In this document: one piece after another, positions 1 through 8,104 of the stretch
Position numbering within the stretch: the first letter of the stretch is position 1
How the letters are laid out: the number at the start of each line of letters is the position of its first letter
Assembly: GCA_030648645.1 (NCBI GenBank)
Contig: JAUSHL010000008.1
Location: forward strand, 1-45,707
Direction: 5' to 3'
Source: Candidatus Daviesbacteria bacterium
Lineage (GTDB): Bacteria > Patescibacteriota > Microgenomatia > Daviesbacterales > UBA10151
Length of the DNA: 45,707 nt
Program-made: the position numbers and the translations under genes
Notes under the pieces: model-generated
The model's database searches: none
Seen by the model: only the letters and a program-made list of their open reading frames with translations
Told to the model about the DNA's origin: nothing

Positions 1-138
1 TAAGAGATTGCCACGCTCTCCGGCAATTGCCGGATCGCTCGCAATGACAAAGAGTAGTTAATTAAAGGACACAAAAAATGTTTGAGATTGTTTCAGTTCA
101 GATTTCGCAAAACTATATCAATTGAGATTTCGCATTAC
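1..138 (-). repeat. 139-nt dispersed repeat, copy 1 (inverted orientation; outermost nt cut by window edge)
   Basis: By eye, an exact reverse complement of 45569-45706. About 3 mismatches to 1021-1159. The outer ~49 nt equal the left arm of a family-A palindromic element (GTCATTGCGAG..TCCGGCAATTGCCGGA..GGCAATCTC). Confidence 0.9.
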
Positions 139-190
139 ACATGTTTTAGATATTGACAAAGCATCCAAAAAACATTATAAACTACTCAAG

Positions 191-505
191 ATGTCTGGAG
201 AAATAATAGCTATTGTAGATGGTAAAGAATATCAGGTACTGGAACGCAAAGGAGCACCTTTAGAACTTGGAAAAAGATTTATTTGTGGAGCGGAACTTAC
301 AAGAGAAACTGTTGATAAAGATGGCAAACATGTTAGTACAGAGACTAAATATGTATCAGGTGAACTAATCTTAAATGGAATCTGGACGGTATATGCAGGC
401 TGTGGAACTGAATTTTTAGTTACAAAAGCTTCACCAAGCATAATCGAATGTTGCGGTAAACCAGCAGTTTTACAAAAACCAAAACCCCTCCCATCATCAG
501 ATTAG
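191..505 (+). CDS. small hypothetical protein with desulforedoxin-like C-terminal motif (VYAGCG..x14..CCGKP)
   Basis: The ORF is open from 122 (TTG), but 122-138 lies in the repeat, so the first in-frame ATG at 191 is preferred. The C-terminus resembles the desulforedoxin pattern YxCxxCG...CCGxxM but lacks the first Cys. No clear SD. Confidence 0.45.
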   Translation: MSGEIIAIVDGKEYQVLERKGAPLELGKRFICGAELTRETVDKDGKHVSTETKYVSGELILNGIWTVYAGCGTEFLVTKASPSIIECCGKPAVLQKPKPLPSSD

Positions 506-521
506 AAGTTGTGTCATTTCA

Positions 522-573
522 AGGCCTCGCCTTTTTTTCAGAGGCCTCGCCTTTTTTTCAGAGGCCTCGCCTT
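522..573. repeat. tandem 20-nt repeat AGGCCTCGCCTTTTTTTCAG x about 2.6
   Basis: Units at 522-541 and 542-561, with a partial unit at 562-573. Each unit holds the palindrome GAGGCCTC followed by a T7 run. Located between the two cassette ORFs. Confidence 0.9.
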
Positions 574-609
574 GGAGGCACGACACGACACCAGATCACA
601 TCACCATAG

Positions 610-639
610 TTGTAAATTAGAGTATTTTGGGTATAAAAT
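610..639 (+). promoter_or_regulatory. sigma70-like promoter (TTGTAA-16-TATAAA); partial copy of the module at 2117-2212 and 44254-44345
   Basis: Hexamers read directly. Shares ATTxGAGTATTTTGxGTAT with the other two copies. The ATG at 647 follows 9 nt after the -10, with no SD. Confidence 0.45.
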
Positions 640-646
640 ACCAATC

Positions 647-994
647 ATGTCAAATCCGGAACATATAGAAAAATTAAAAAGGGAGCTTTTTGGATATAAA
701 GATGATTCCTTTTCTACTCCCAACCCAGATACATTCATTGATTTATCTGGTAACCATTATATGCCTTTCAACGAACAAACCTGTGGAAGTTTAGCATTAA
801 TCCGGCAAAAAAATAATGAAGGAGAGACAATACATTACAGTCATATGCCAAGTTTATTACGTGATATGCTTGAACATCCTAACAGTCTTTTGTTTGATAT
901 TAGTCAACTTATGGACTTGATGACTGATGAAGAAATCGAAGCATGTGAAAAATATTTAGACTCTCCGGATGACTCTCAAGATTTTAGCAAATAA
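647..994 (+). CDS. acidic hypothetical protein (115 aa)
   Basis: First ATG of ORF 509..994. The upstream part of that ORF runs through the tandem repeat. No recognisable motif. Confidence 0.5.
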   Translation: MSNPEHIEKLKRELFGYKDDSFSTPNPDTFIDLSGNHYMPFNEQTCGSLALIRQKNNEGETIHYSHMPSLLRDMLEHPNSLLFDISQLMDLMTDEEIEACEKYLDSPDDSQDFSK

Positions 995-1020
995 ACTTTG
1001 CAGATTATACTTGTAGCAAT

Positions 1021-1159
1021 GTAATGCGAAATCTCAATTGATATAGTTTTGCGAAATCTGAACTGAAACAATCTCAAATATCTTTTGTGTCCTTTAATTA
1101 ACTACTCTTTGTCATTGCGAGCGATCCGGCAATTGCCGGAGAGCGTGGCAATCTCTTAA
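1021..1159 (+). repeat. 139-nt dispersed repeat, copy 2
   Basis: Same sequence as 45569-45707 except about 3 positions around 1077-1083. Inverted relative to 1-138. Confidence 0.9.
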
Positions 1160-1210
1160 ATAGATAAGATTGCTTCGTCGGGTCGAAAAATCGACCCTCC
1201 TCGCAATGAC
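1111..1210. repeat. family-A palindromic element, full-length intergenic copy (100 nt)
   Basis: Outer stem GTCATTGCGAG / CTCGCAATGAC and inner stem GCAATCT / AGATTGC. Nested perfect hairpins TCCGGCAATTGCCGGA and GGGTCGAAAAATCGACCC. Confidence 0.9.
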
Positions 1211-1319
1211 AGAATTTTGTATCATTTGAGACTTCGTTTATGTGTATCTTTTTAGATTTCGTGTAACATAGAGCGATAGACTTGACTACCAAGACCATCA
1301 GGAATACACTTAAATTAAG

Positions 1320-2117
1320 TTGTTAACTAATCTGCAAAAATCAAAATTTGCTTGGTTTATTGTTGTTTATTATCTATTTTTGCTTCTCTGGTGGTTAAAA
1401 CTTTCTATTTTGGGAGAATGGATAGGCTCAGAAAATTATCTTTTTGGCACGGTGTATCCCATTTTGTCTTTGATAGGAGGTATTAATGGACTGCTGATAT
1501 CCAGAATTTATGGCGGTTGGTCAAGCGTTATTGGTAAAGGTATTATTTTTTTGTCACTGGGTTTGCTAGGGCAAACCTTCGGACAATTTATTTGGACCTA
1601 TTATAATGTAATCGCTAAAATTGAAGTGCCCTATCCGTCTCTTGCTGATTTTGGCTATTTTGCTTTAATTCCGGCTTATACTTTAGCAGCTTGGATGTTT
1701 GCTCAAGCTGCAGGAGCTAAATTCTCCTTGCGCACAAGCGGCGGGAAGATTATAGCTTTATTTATTCCTCTTATAGCTATTGTCATTGCTGATATTCTTT
1801 TTCTAAAGAATATTGGTATAGATTTATCTACTCCTATTAAAACATTTTTAGATTTTGGCTATCCCTTAGGAGAAATAATCCCGGTTTCTATAGCTTTATT
1901 TACTTTAACATTATCTAGAAATCTTTTAGGGGGATCAATGAGAAATAAAATTCTTTATTTAATAGGAGCTTTCTTTTTTCAATTCTTAACAGAATATGCT
2001 TTTTTATATACAGCTGGAGATGGGACTTATATAAATGGAGGCTGGAATGATTTAATGTATGCTACATCTTATACAATTATGAGCTTGGGGATAATTACAT
2101 TTAGAAAATATGACTAA
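1320..2117 (+). CDS. integral membrane protein (about 7-8 TM), function unknown
   Basis: Long ORF that is hydrophobic throughout. TTG start at 1320, with no in-frame ATG near the N-terminus. Confidence 0.6.
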   Translation: MLTNLQKSKFAWFIVVYYLFLLLWWLKLSILGEWIGSENYLFGTVYPILSLIGGINGLLISRIYGGWSSVIGKGIIFLSLGLLGQTFGQFIWTYYNVIAKIEVPYPSLADFGYFALIPAYTLAAWMFAQAAGAKFSLRTSGGKIIALFIPLIAIVIADILFLKNIGIDLSTPIKTFLDFGYPLGEIIPVSIALFTLTLSRNLLGGSMRNKILYLIGAFFFQFLTEYAFLYTAGDGTYINGGWNDLMYATSYTIMSLGIITFRKYD

Positions 2118-2212
2118 ATAAACCAATTTAATTCGAGTTTGCAACTCTCATTAAATGGTTTGAACCAAATTTTGATTAAAAGTTGCAGATTGGAATATTT
2201 TTGGTATAAAAT
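2117..2212 (+). promoter_or_regulatory. conserved intergenic module, copy 1: imperfect long hairpin plus promoter-like hexamers
   Basis: About 90 percent identical by eye to 44254-44345. Hairpin AACCAATTTAAT..GAGTT-TGC-AACTC..ATTAAATGGTT. It is followed by TTGATT and TTGCAG -35-like and AATATT / TATAAA -10-like hexamers. The ATG follows directly, with no SD. Confidence 0.6.
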
Positions 2213-2488
2213 ATGGATCCTTGTAGTGAAGCAGTAAATAAAATAGTGAGAGAGCAACAGTCTATTATAGGTCCAATCGCGCTGGAAATGGCCGGAAAAG
2301 TTTCAGGGCTCAAAATTGAGAGTGATAAAGTAGAAATTACCGGTAATAATAAAGAAGTTTTGGGGGGTTTAGTCAGTCAATATGCCAAACTTTTTGGTAA
2401 AACTTCAGTGGAAGTTTGTAAGGAAGCTTTTTCTTCCTACTCCAATAAAATACCTGCTTCTGATATACCAGATATTTTAAAAAACTGA
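2213..2488 (+). CDS. small hypothetical protein (91 aa)
   Basis: ORF with an ATG start just upstream of the histidine kinase gene. No recognisable motif. Confidence 0.5.
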   Translation: MDPCSEAVNKIVREQQSIIGPIALEMAGKVSGLKIESDKVEITGNNKEVLGGLVSQYAKLFGKTSVEVCKEAFSSYSNKIPASDIPDILKN

Positions 2489-2500
2489 TATTATAATAGT

Positions 2501-3835
2501 ATGGTATCAGCAGAAAGACTAGGTGTTTTTTTAAAACTTCAGCAAATTGTTTTAGATAATGAAGATAGTAATAATCTTTTAACTAATCTTCTGCCTCAAA
2601 TTTTTCAATCACTTATTTCTATTAATCTGATCTATGAATTTATAGCTGTTATCTTTATTGATGAAAATCATCAGCCTTTAAAATCTTATTGTACTAACTC
2701 CACCAATAATTTGATTAATCTGGAAAATTTACTGGCAAAAGGCAGTGCCTGGGAAAAAGAGTCTTTATGGGGAGAGATAGTTATATCTTCTGAAATTAAT
2801 CAATTTATTCAAAACTCATACCCTAATTTTACTAATATAAAATCAATAATTATCTCACCAATTCATATTGGTAAGAAACTGTCCGGATTATTGGTTTTGG
2901 TAAATCCCAGAGAAGGTAAAGAAGTGGTCCAGGAAGAACAGGAAATTATAAAATTAACAGCTAATATTTTGGGCTTGGCTTACAAAATACAGGATACTCA
3001 AACATCTTTAACCAATGTGACTCAGGAAGTTTATAAAATGAATTTAAAACTGCATCAGTTGGATAAATTAAAAGATGATTTTGTCTCTGTGGCTTCTCAT
3101 GAGCTTAGAACTCCGATGACTGCTATCAGGTCATATGCCTGGATGGCTTTAAATAGACCCGATGTAATTTTAACAGATAAGATGAAAAAGTATCTGGAAA
3201 GAACTTTAATCTCAACTGAACGGTTAATTAACTTAGTCAATGATATGCTGAATGTTTCTAGAATTGAAGCCGGAAGTATTGAAATTAGACCTAAGTCTTT
3301 TGATATTCGAGCATTGACTAATGAAGTAATGATAGAGGTTGGAACTAAGGCCTCAGAAAAATCTTTGCATTTAGAAGTAGAACAGGGGAGTACTTTGGAT
3401 ATTTTTGCTGACCAAGATAAAGTTCATCAAATTTTACTAAATCTTATTGGTAATGCTTTGAAATTTACTCCAAATGAAGGAAAAATTAGTATTAATTTAT
3501 TTCCTGACGGAAAAATGGTTGATATTTCTGTTACCGATAGTGGGGTAGGAATTGCCGAAGATGATCAGTCCAGATTATTTAAAAAATTCGAGAGACTGGA
3601 TAACTCTTATGTTTCTTCAGCTACATCCGGTGGAACAGGTTTGGGGCTTTTTATCTCTAAAAGTTTGGTGGAACTGATGGGAGGAAAAATTTGGGCTTCA
3701 TCGCAAGGTTCGGGGAAGGGCTCCACTTTTACTTTTTCTTTACCTCTTGCAACAACAGAGGTACTTTCTCAGGCAGAAAAATATACTAAAAAACCGGAGG
3801 GTGATATTAAAATCCTCGAACCAGTAGCGATCTGA
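2501..3835 (+). CDS. cytoplasmic sensor histidine kinase with N-terminal GAF-like region
   Basis: H-box FVSVASHELRTPMTAI, N-box LIGNALKFT, G-boxes DSGVGI and GGTGLGLFISKSLVELMGG. No TM segments. Confidence 0.85.
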   Translation: MVSAERLGVFLKLQQIVLDNEDSNNLLTNLLPQIFQSLISINLIYEFIAVIFIDENHQPLKSYCTNSTNNLINLENLLAKGSAWEKESLWGEIVISSEINQFIQNSYPNFTNIKSIIISPIHIGKKLSGLLVLVNPREGKEVVQEEQEIIKLTANILGLAYKIQDTQTSLTNVTQEVYKMNLKLHQLDKLKDDFVSVASHELRTPMTAIRSYAWMALNRPDVILTDKMKKYLERTLISTERLINLVNDMLNVSRIEAGSIEIRPKSFDIRALTNEVMIEVGTKASEKSLHLEVEQGSTLDIFADQDKVHQILLNLIGNALKFTPNEGKISINLFPDGKMVDISVTDSGVGIAEDDQSRLFKKFERLDNSYVSSATSGGTGLGLFISKSLVELMGGKIWASSQGSGKGSTFTFSLPLATTEVLSQAEKYTKKPEGDIKILEPVAI

Positions 3836-4286
3836 TTTTCTTTTTTAATTTACCGAAAATGAACCTTCCTGCAACCCACCATTCAAAACCTGAAGCATCA
3901 ATTTCAAAAAAATCTTCTTTTTCCAACTGTTTTAATAATGTTTGAATATATTTTGGCATTTTTTTATTTATTTCTTCATCACTAAAAAATTTAACTTTTG
4001 GTGTTTCCCAAGAAGGTCGAAGCTCTCCTTTAATTTCTCCCAAAGCTTCAAAAACAGCATGTCTGCTCTTTTTACCTAAAAGATCAAAATTCCAAATCCC
4101 TTTAAATTTAACATTTTTAGCAATAATCCCTGTTTCTTCTTCCAGTTCTCTGATGGCAGCTTTCTCCGGTTTTTCATCTTTTTCTATGCCTCCACCAGGT
4201 ATAACCCAAAGTCCATTATCTTCTCTTTTACAAAATAAAATTCCATTTTCGGTTTTTACCACACAAAGTGCAGCTTTGAAGTTCAT
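3807..4286 (-). CDS. Nudix hydrolase
   Basis: Nudix box GGGIEKDEKPEKAAIRELEEETGI. Confidence 0.8.
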   Translation of the reverse strand: MNFKAALCVVKTENGILFCKREDNGLWVIPGGGIEKDEKPEKAAIRELEEETGIIAKNVKFKGIWNFDLLGKKSRHAVFEALGEIKGELRPSWETPKVKFFSDEEINKKMPKYIQTLLKQLEKEDFFEIDASGFEWWVAGRFIFGKLKKKIRSLLVRGF

Positions 4287-4325
4287 GTGCTAATTTTAAC
4301 ATAGAAAAACTGGTATACTTTTCTT

Positions 4326-5132
4326 GTGATTATAGATTCTCATGTGCATTTATCTATTTATGAAGGGCAGGCAATTTCTTTGCAAAAAGCATTGGATAAA
4401 TTGCTGGAAGAAATGAAGAAAAATAATGTGGAACAAGCAATTATTATTCCTGATAATATAGAAAATGATCCTAAAATTGCTGATTTAGATACAGCAATTT
4501 CACTTATCAAAGGAAAAAGCAATTTATTTCTTCTGGGCAGTCCCCAAATTATTCAAAGAGGAAGCAGTGAAGTTGAAAAGTATAAGAAATTATTTGTGGA
4601 AGGGAAAATTAAAGGAATTAAATTTTTCCCCGGACATGATCCATACTATCCCATTGATGAGAGATGTCTGCCTTACTTTGAAATATGCCAAAATCTTAAT
4701 ATTCCTGTTGTTTTTCATACCGGAGAAAATTCCAATAATCCTGAATTATCTAAATATAACGATCCAAAATATATAGTTGAAGTGGCTAAAAAATATTCCA
4801 ATTTGAAGGTAGTTATTACCCATTATTATTGGCCAAAAATTGAGTATTGTTATGAAATAACTAAAAATACTCCAAACATCTACTTTGAATTAGCAGGTAC
4901 AGCTGATGAGGAGGTTTTAGAAAAAAGCGGAGGGATAGAAAAAATGAAAGAGGTTTTACTAAAAACTATTGCCGATAGACCTGATCAAGTAATCTTTGGG
5001 ACTGATTATCCAATGTGTAAGATAGAAAGTCATATTGAATTAGTAAAGTCTTTAAATTTATCTCAGGATGAAAAAAACAAAATTTTTAGTACCAATGCTA
5101 TAAAACTCTACAAACTTCCAAAACTGCTATAA
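4326..5132 (+). CDS. amidohydrolase-type TIM-barrel metal-dependent hydrolase
   Basis: N-terminal IIDSHVHL metal motif, with later HTGE and GTDYP motifs. GTG start. Confidence 0.6.
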   Translation: MIIDSHVHLSIYEGQAISLQKALDKLLEEMKKNNVEQAIIIPDNIENDPKIADLDTAISLIKGKSNLFLLGSPQIIQRGSSEVEKYKKLFVEGKIKGIKFFPGHDPYYPIDERCLPYFEICQNLNIPVVFHTGENSNNPELSKYNDPKYIVEVAKKYSNLKVVITHYYWPKIEYCYEITKNTPNIYFELAGTADEEVLEKSGGIEKMKEVLLKTIADRPDQVIFGTDYPMCKIESHIELVKSLNLSQDEKNKIFSTNAIKLYKLPKLL

Positions 5133-5142
5133 TAATTTAGGT

Positions 5143-6885
5143 ATGGTGAAAGTGGCCTTAATAACTGTAAATTACAATGGTTTGAAAGATACTTTAGAAT
5201 TTTTGGAATCACTGCAAAAATTAGATACCAAAGACTTGGAAGTGAAAACCATTGTGGTAGATAATGGTTCTTTTGATTCCAGTGTTCCAAAAATCTCAGA
5301 AAAATTTCCCAAAATAGATCTTGTCCAAACAGGATCCAATAAGGGTTTTACCGGAGGATTTAATAAAGGTTTGGAATATGGGGGAGCTTGGGGGGCAGAT
5401 TATTTTTTACTGATTAACAATGATACAGAAATTGGATCCTCAGATTTATTAAAAAGTCTAATTAAAACTCTAGAAAAAAATTCTAATGCAGGTTTAGTTG
5501 CTCCTAAAATTTATTTTGCCAAAGGGTATGAATATCAAAAAAATTATGAAGAAAAAGATTTGGGTAAAGTAATTTGGTACGGTGGCGGAAGTTTTGATTG
5601 GGATAATGTGATGAGTAAACACATTGGAATTGATGAAGTAGATTCAGGGAAATATGATGAAATAAAAGAAACTGGTTTTATTTCCGGATGTTGTTTTTTA
5701 ATGAAAAAAGAAGTGATAGAAAAAGTTGGCGGATTTGATGAAAAACTTTTTGCCTATTTTGAAGATAATGATTTTTTGCAAAGGGTAAAGAGTGCTGGTT
5801 TTCAATTATTTTATAATGGGAAAGTTTTTATTTATCATAAAGTTTCTCAAACTGCAGAGATTGGTTCGGAATTTGCCGATTACTTTGTTACCAGAAATAG
5901 ATTAACTTTTGGCTTCAAATATGCCAAAACGAGAACTAAATTTGCTCTCCTTAGACAATCATTGGGGTTTTTAATAACTGGAAGAAAAATGCAAAAAAGG
6001 GGAGTGTGGGATTTTTTTCTTCAAAAAAAAGAGGGAGAAAAAAAATTAGTAAAAATAAATTCCAACCCTGATTTTCCTAAAAAACTATCTATAGTTATCG
6101 TAAATTATAATACTAAAGATTTAACAGAAAAACTGCTTGAAAGCATCTATCAAAATAAATTATGTCAAAATTTTAAAGAAGTAGAAGTGGTACTTTTAGA
6201 TAATGGTACATTAGATTGTTGCGAGGAGATGGTAAAAAAATTTAAAGAAGTAAAATATTTTAAAAATTTAGAAAATTTAGGTTTTTCCAAAGGTTACAAT
6301 AGAGTCATCAAATATTCCACGGGACAATATATTTTAATGCTAAATTCTGATATTGAAATTTTGGATAACAGTGTGGAAGAAATTTTAAAAGTAGCAGAAG
6401 AAAAAAACGAAAAAGCAGTTTTAGGGGGAAAACTTTATTTTCCGGATAAGTCTTCTCAGGATTCCTGTTTTTTCTTACCGACAATTTCCGGAGCTTTCAA
6501 GGAATATTTTTTGAATAAAAAAGGAACTTATTTTATGTTTGTGCCAAAATCGGATAGTCCAAGTAAAGTTGAGGGTTTGATCATGGCTTGTTTCTTAATT
6601 CCCAGAAAAGTGATTGATCGGGTAGGCTATTTAGATGAGGGAACTTTTATCTTTTTTGAAGATATTGAATATTGCCGGAGATTAAGAGATAACAATATTC
6701 CTATTTATTTTTGTCCAAAAGCAGAATTTATTCATCATCATGGTGCTTCACATAAAAAGTTAAAGGAGGGGGAGGCTTATAAAATGTTAGTCAAAGGTTC
6801 CAAACATTATCATGGAATTTTTTATTATTCTTTATTATATTTAGTAATCCTCTTTGGCCAGAAGTTTAGGAAAATTATCTATTAG
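5143..6885 (+). CDS. two-module family 2 (GT-A) glycosyltransferase
   Basis: Two tandem modules open with VALITVNYNG and LSIVIVNYNT. Each has DNGS/DNGT and later FEDND / FEDIE acidic motifs. Confidence 0.75.
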   Translation: MVKVALITVNYNGLKDTLEFLESLQKLDTKDLEVKTIVVDNGSFDSSVPKISEKFPKIDLVQTGSNKGFTGGFNKGLEYGGAWGADYFLLINNDTEIGSSDLLKSLIKTLEKNSNAGLVAPKIYFAKGYEYQKNYEEKDLGKVIWYGGGSFDWDNVMSKHIGIDEVDSGKYDEIKETGFISGCCFLMKKEVIEKVGGFDEKLFAYFEDNDFLQRVKSAGFQLFYNGKVFIYHKVSQTAEIGSEFADYFVTRNRLTFGFKYAKTRTKFALLRQSLGFLITGRKMQKRGVWDFFLQKKEGEKKLVKINSNPDFPKKLSIVIVNYNTKDLTEKLLESIYQNKLCQNFKEVEVVLLDNGTLDCCEEMVKKFKEVKYFKNLENLGFSKGYNRVIKYSTGQYILMLNSDIEILDNSVEEILKVAEEKNEKAVLGGKLYFPDKSSQDSCFFLPTISGAFKEYFLNKKGTYFMFVPKSDSPSKVEGLIMACFLIPRKVIDRVGYLDEGTFIFFEDIEYCRRLRDNNIPIYFCPKAEFIHHHGASHKKLKEGEAYKMLVKGSKHYHGIFYYSLLYLVILFGQKFRKIIY

Positions 6886-6904
6886 TATGGTATGATAAAA
6901 AAGT

Positions 6905-7291
6905 ATGGACAATGCTTCTAAGAAAATTTTAATTGTTGAAGATGATCAATTTTTAAGAGATTTTTATCAGGAGCTTTTAACTGCCGAGGGTTATCAAATA
7001 GATACAGCTCCTGATGGGGAAATAGCCTTGGAAAAACTTTCCAAGGGTGGCTGGGATTTGGTACTTCTTGATATTATGCTTCCTAAAAAAGATGGGTTGC
7101 AGATTTTGCAGGATGTTAAAGACAAACCTCCTGCCTGTGCTGTTGGTCCAATTGTAGTTTTGACCAATTTAGGTCATGATACTGTAATCAATAAAGCTTT
7201 TCTTTTAGGAGCGGGAGGTTATTTAATTAAATCTGCTCTAAATCCTGATGAAGTGTTAAAAGAAGTAAAGAGCTTCCTCAGCAAATCCTAA
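6905..7291 (+). CDS. stand-alone response-regulator receiver domain (CheY-like)
   Basis: ILIVEDD acidic pocket, VLLDIMLP phospho-Asp site, conserved T and K positions. No output domain. Confidence 0.85.
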   Translation: MDNASKKILIVEDDQFLRDFYQELLTAEGYQIDTAPDGEIALEKLSKGGWDLVLLDIMLPKKDGLQILQDVKDKPPACAVGPIVVLTNLGHDTVINKAFLLGAGGYLIKSALNPDEVLKEVKSFLSKS

Positions 7292-8101
7292 ATGGTTAAG
7301 GTGATTTTTCAAGATGATTATCTGTTAGTTTTAGATAAACCTCCAGGATTGGTGGTAACTTCCTCAGAAACAAATTATGAAAAAACTCTGGAAGATATTT
7401 TAAAATCTGATTTTGGAATTAAAATTGACAGAGGAGGAATAGTTCATAGATTAGATAAAGATACTTCAGGACTTTTGGTGGTTGCAAAAACTGCAGAAGT
7501 TTTAGAAAAACTGCAAGCTCAATTTAAAGAAAGAACTGTCAAAAAAGAATATTTAACGTTGGTTCATGGTTGGGTAGAAAAGGCCGGAAAAATTGATGCT
7601 CCAATTTTAAGAAATCCAGGCAATAGAGAAAAGTTTATTGCTCTAGCCTCCCAGACCTGCCCGCCATTGCTTCACTCAGGCGATAGCAGGTGGGCGTCCC
7701 CTTGTAAGGCTAGAGATGCAGTGACGGAGTATGAACCCACAAATAATTTTAAATTTTCAATTTTAAATTTTCAATCAATTTTCAATGATTTTAATAAAAT
7801 TCAAATGAAAAAGTTAGAAAGACAGCATTATGGAGAATTTACTTTGCTCAAGTGCTTTCCACATACTGGACGGACACATCAAATTAGGGTACATTTAAAA
7901 TACATAGGAAATTCAGTGGTTGCTGATGAAAAATATGGGGGTAGAAACACATACAGGTTAGATAAAAGATGGTGCCCCAGACAATTTTTACATGCAGCTA
8001 AGTTAGAATTTTCTCATCCTGTAACAGGTAAGAGATTAATATTTGAAAGTCCTTTACCTGTTGATTTACAACAAGCTTTGGGTTATTTAGAAAAAATTTA
8101 A
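7292..8101 (+). CDS. RluA/RluD-family pseudouridine synthase carrying two in-frame repeat insertions
   Basis: HRLDKDTSGLLVVAK (catalytic Asp) and TGRTHQIRVHL motifs. No S4 domain. Confidence 0.8.
   Translation: MVKVIFQDDYLLVLDKPPGLVVTSSETNYEKTLEDILKSDFGIKIDRGGIVHRLDKDTSGLLVVAKTAEVLEKLQAQFKERTVKKEYLTLVHGWVEKAGKIDAPILRNPGNREKFIALASQTCPPLLHSGDSRWASPCKARDAVTEYEPTNNFKFSILNFQSIFNDFNKIQMKKLERQHYGEFTLLKCFPHTGRTHQIRVHLKYIGNSVVADEKYGGRNTYRLDKRWCPRQFLHAAKLEFSHPVTGKRLIFESPLPVDLQQALGYLEKI
7641..7715. repeat. GC-rich palindromic insertion (about 75 nt) inside the pseudouridine synthase gene
   Basis: Outer stem CTCTAGCC / GGCTAGAG. Locally GC-rich. Translated as ASQTCPPLLHSGDSRWASPCK between conserved blocks. 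Confidence 0.6.
7741..7806. repeat. family-C AT-rich repeat (TTTTAAATTTTCAATTTTAAATTTT type) inside the pseudouridine synthase gene
   Basis: Same word family as intergenic 26868-26930 and 43100-43165. Translated as NNFKFSILNFQSIFNDFNKIQ. Confidence 0.6.
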
Positions 8102-8104
8102 CAA

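Noticed and set aside
509-646. N-terminal extension of ORF 509..994
   Set aside because: It starts at a non-ATG codon and runs through the 20-nt tandem repeat. The promoter-like site at 610-639 and the ATG at 647 fit a shorter gene better.
1-1159. Interpretation as an insertion sequence or composite transposon
   Set aside because: There is no transposase-like ORF between the inverted repeats. The repeat termini are halves of the family-A palindrome, and no target-site duplication can be assessed at the window edge.
1098-1298. 66-aa minus-strand ORF
   Set aside because: It reads entirely through the 139-nt repeat and the family-A palindrome, giving the typical repeat-derived peptide (..SLAMTKSS). 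There is no independent coding evidence.
4567-4776. 69-aa plus-strand ORF nested in the amidohydrolase gene
   Set aside because: It is an out-of-frame internal ORF within a gene that has clear family motifs.
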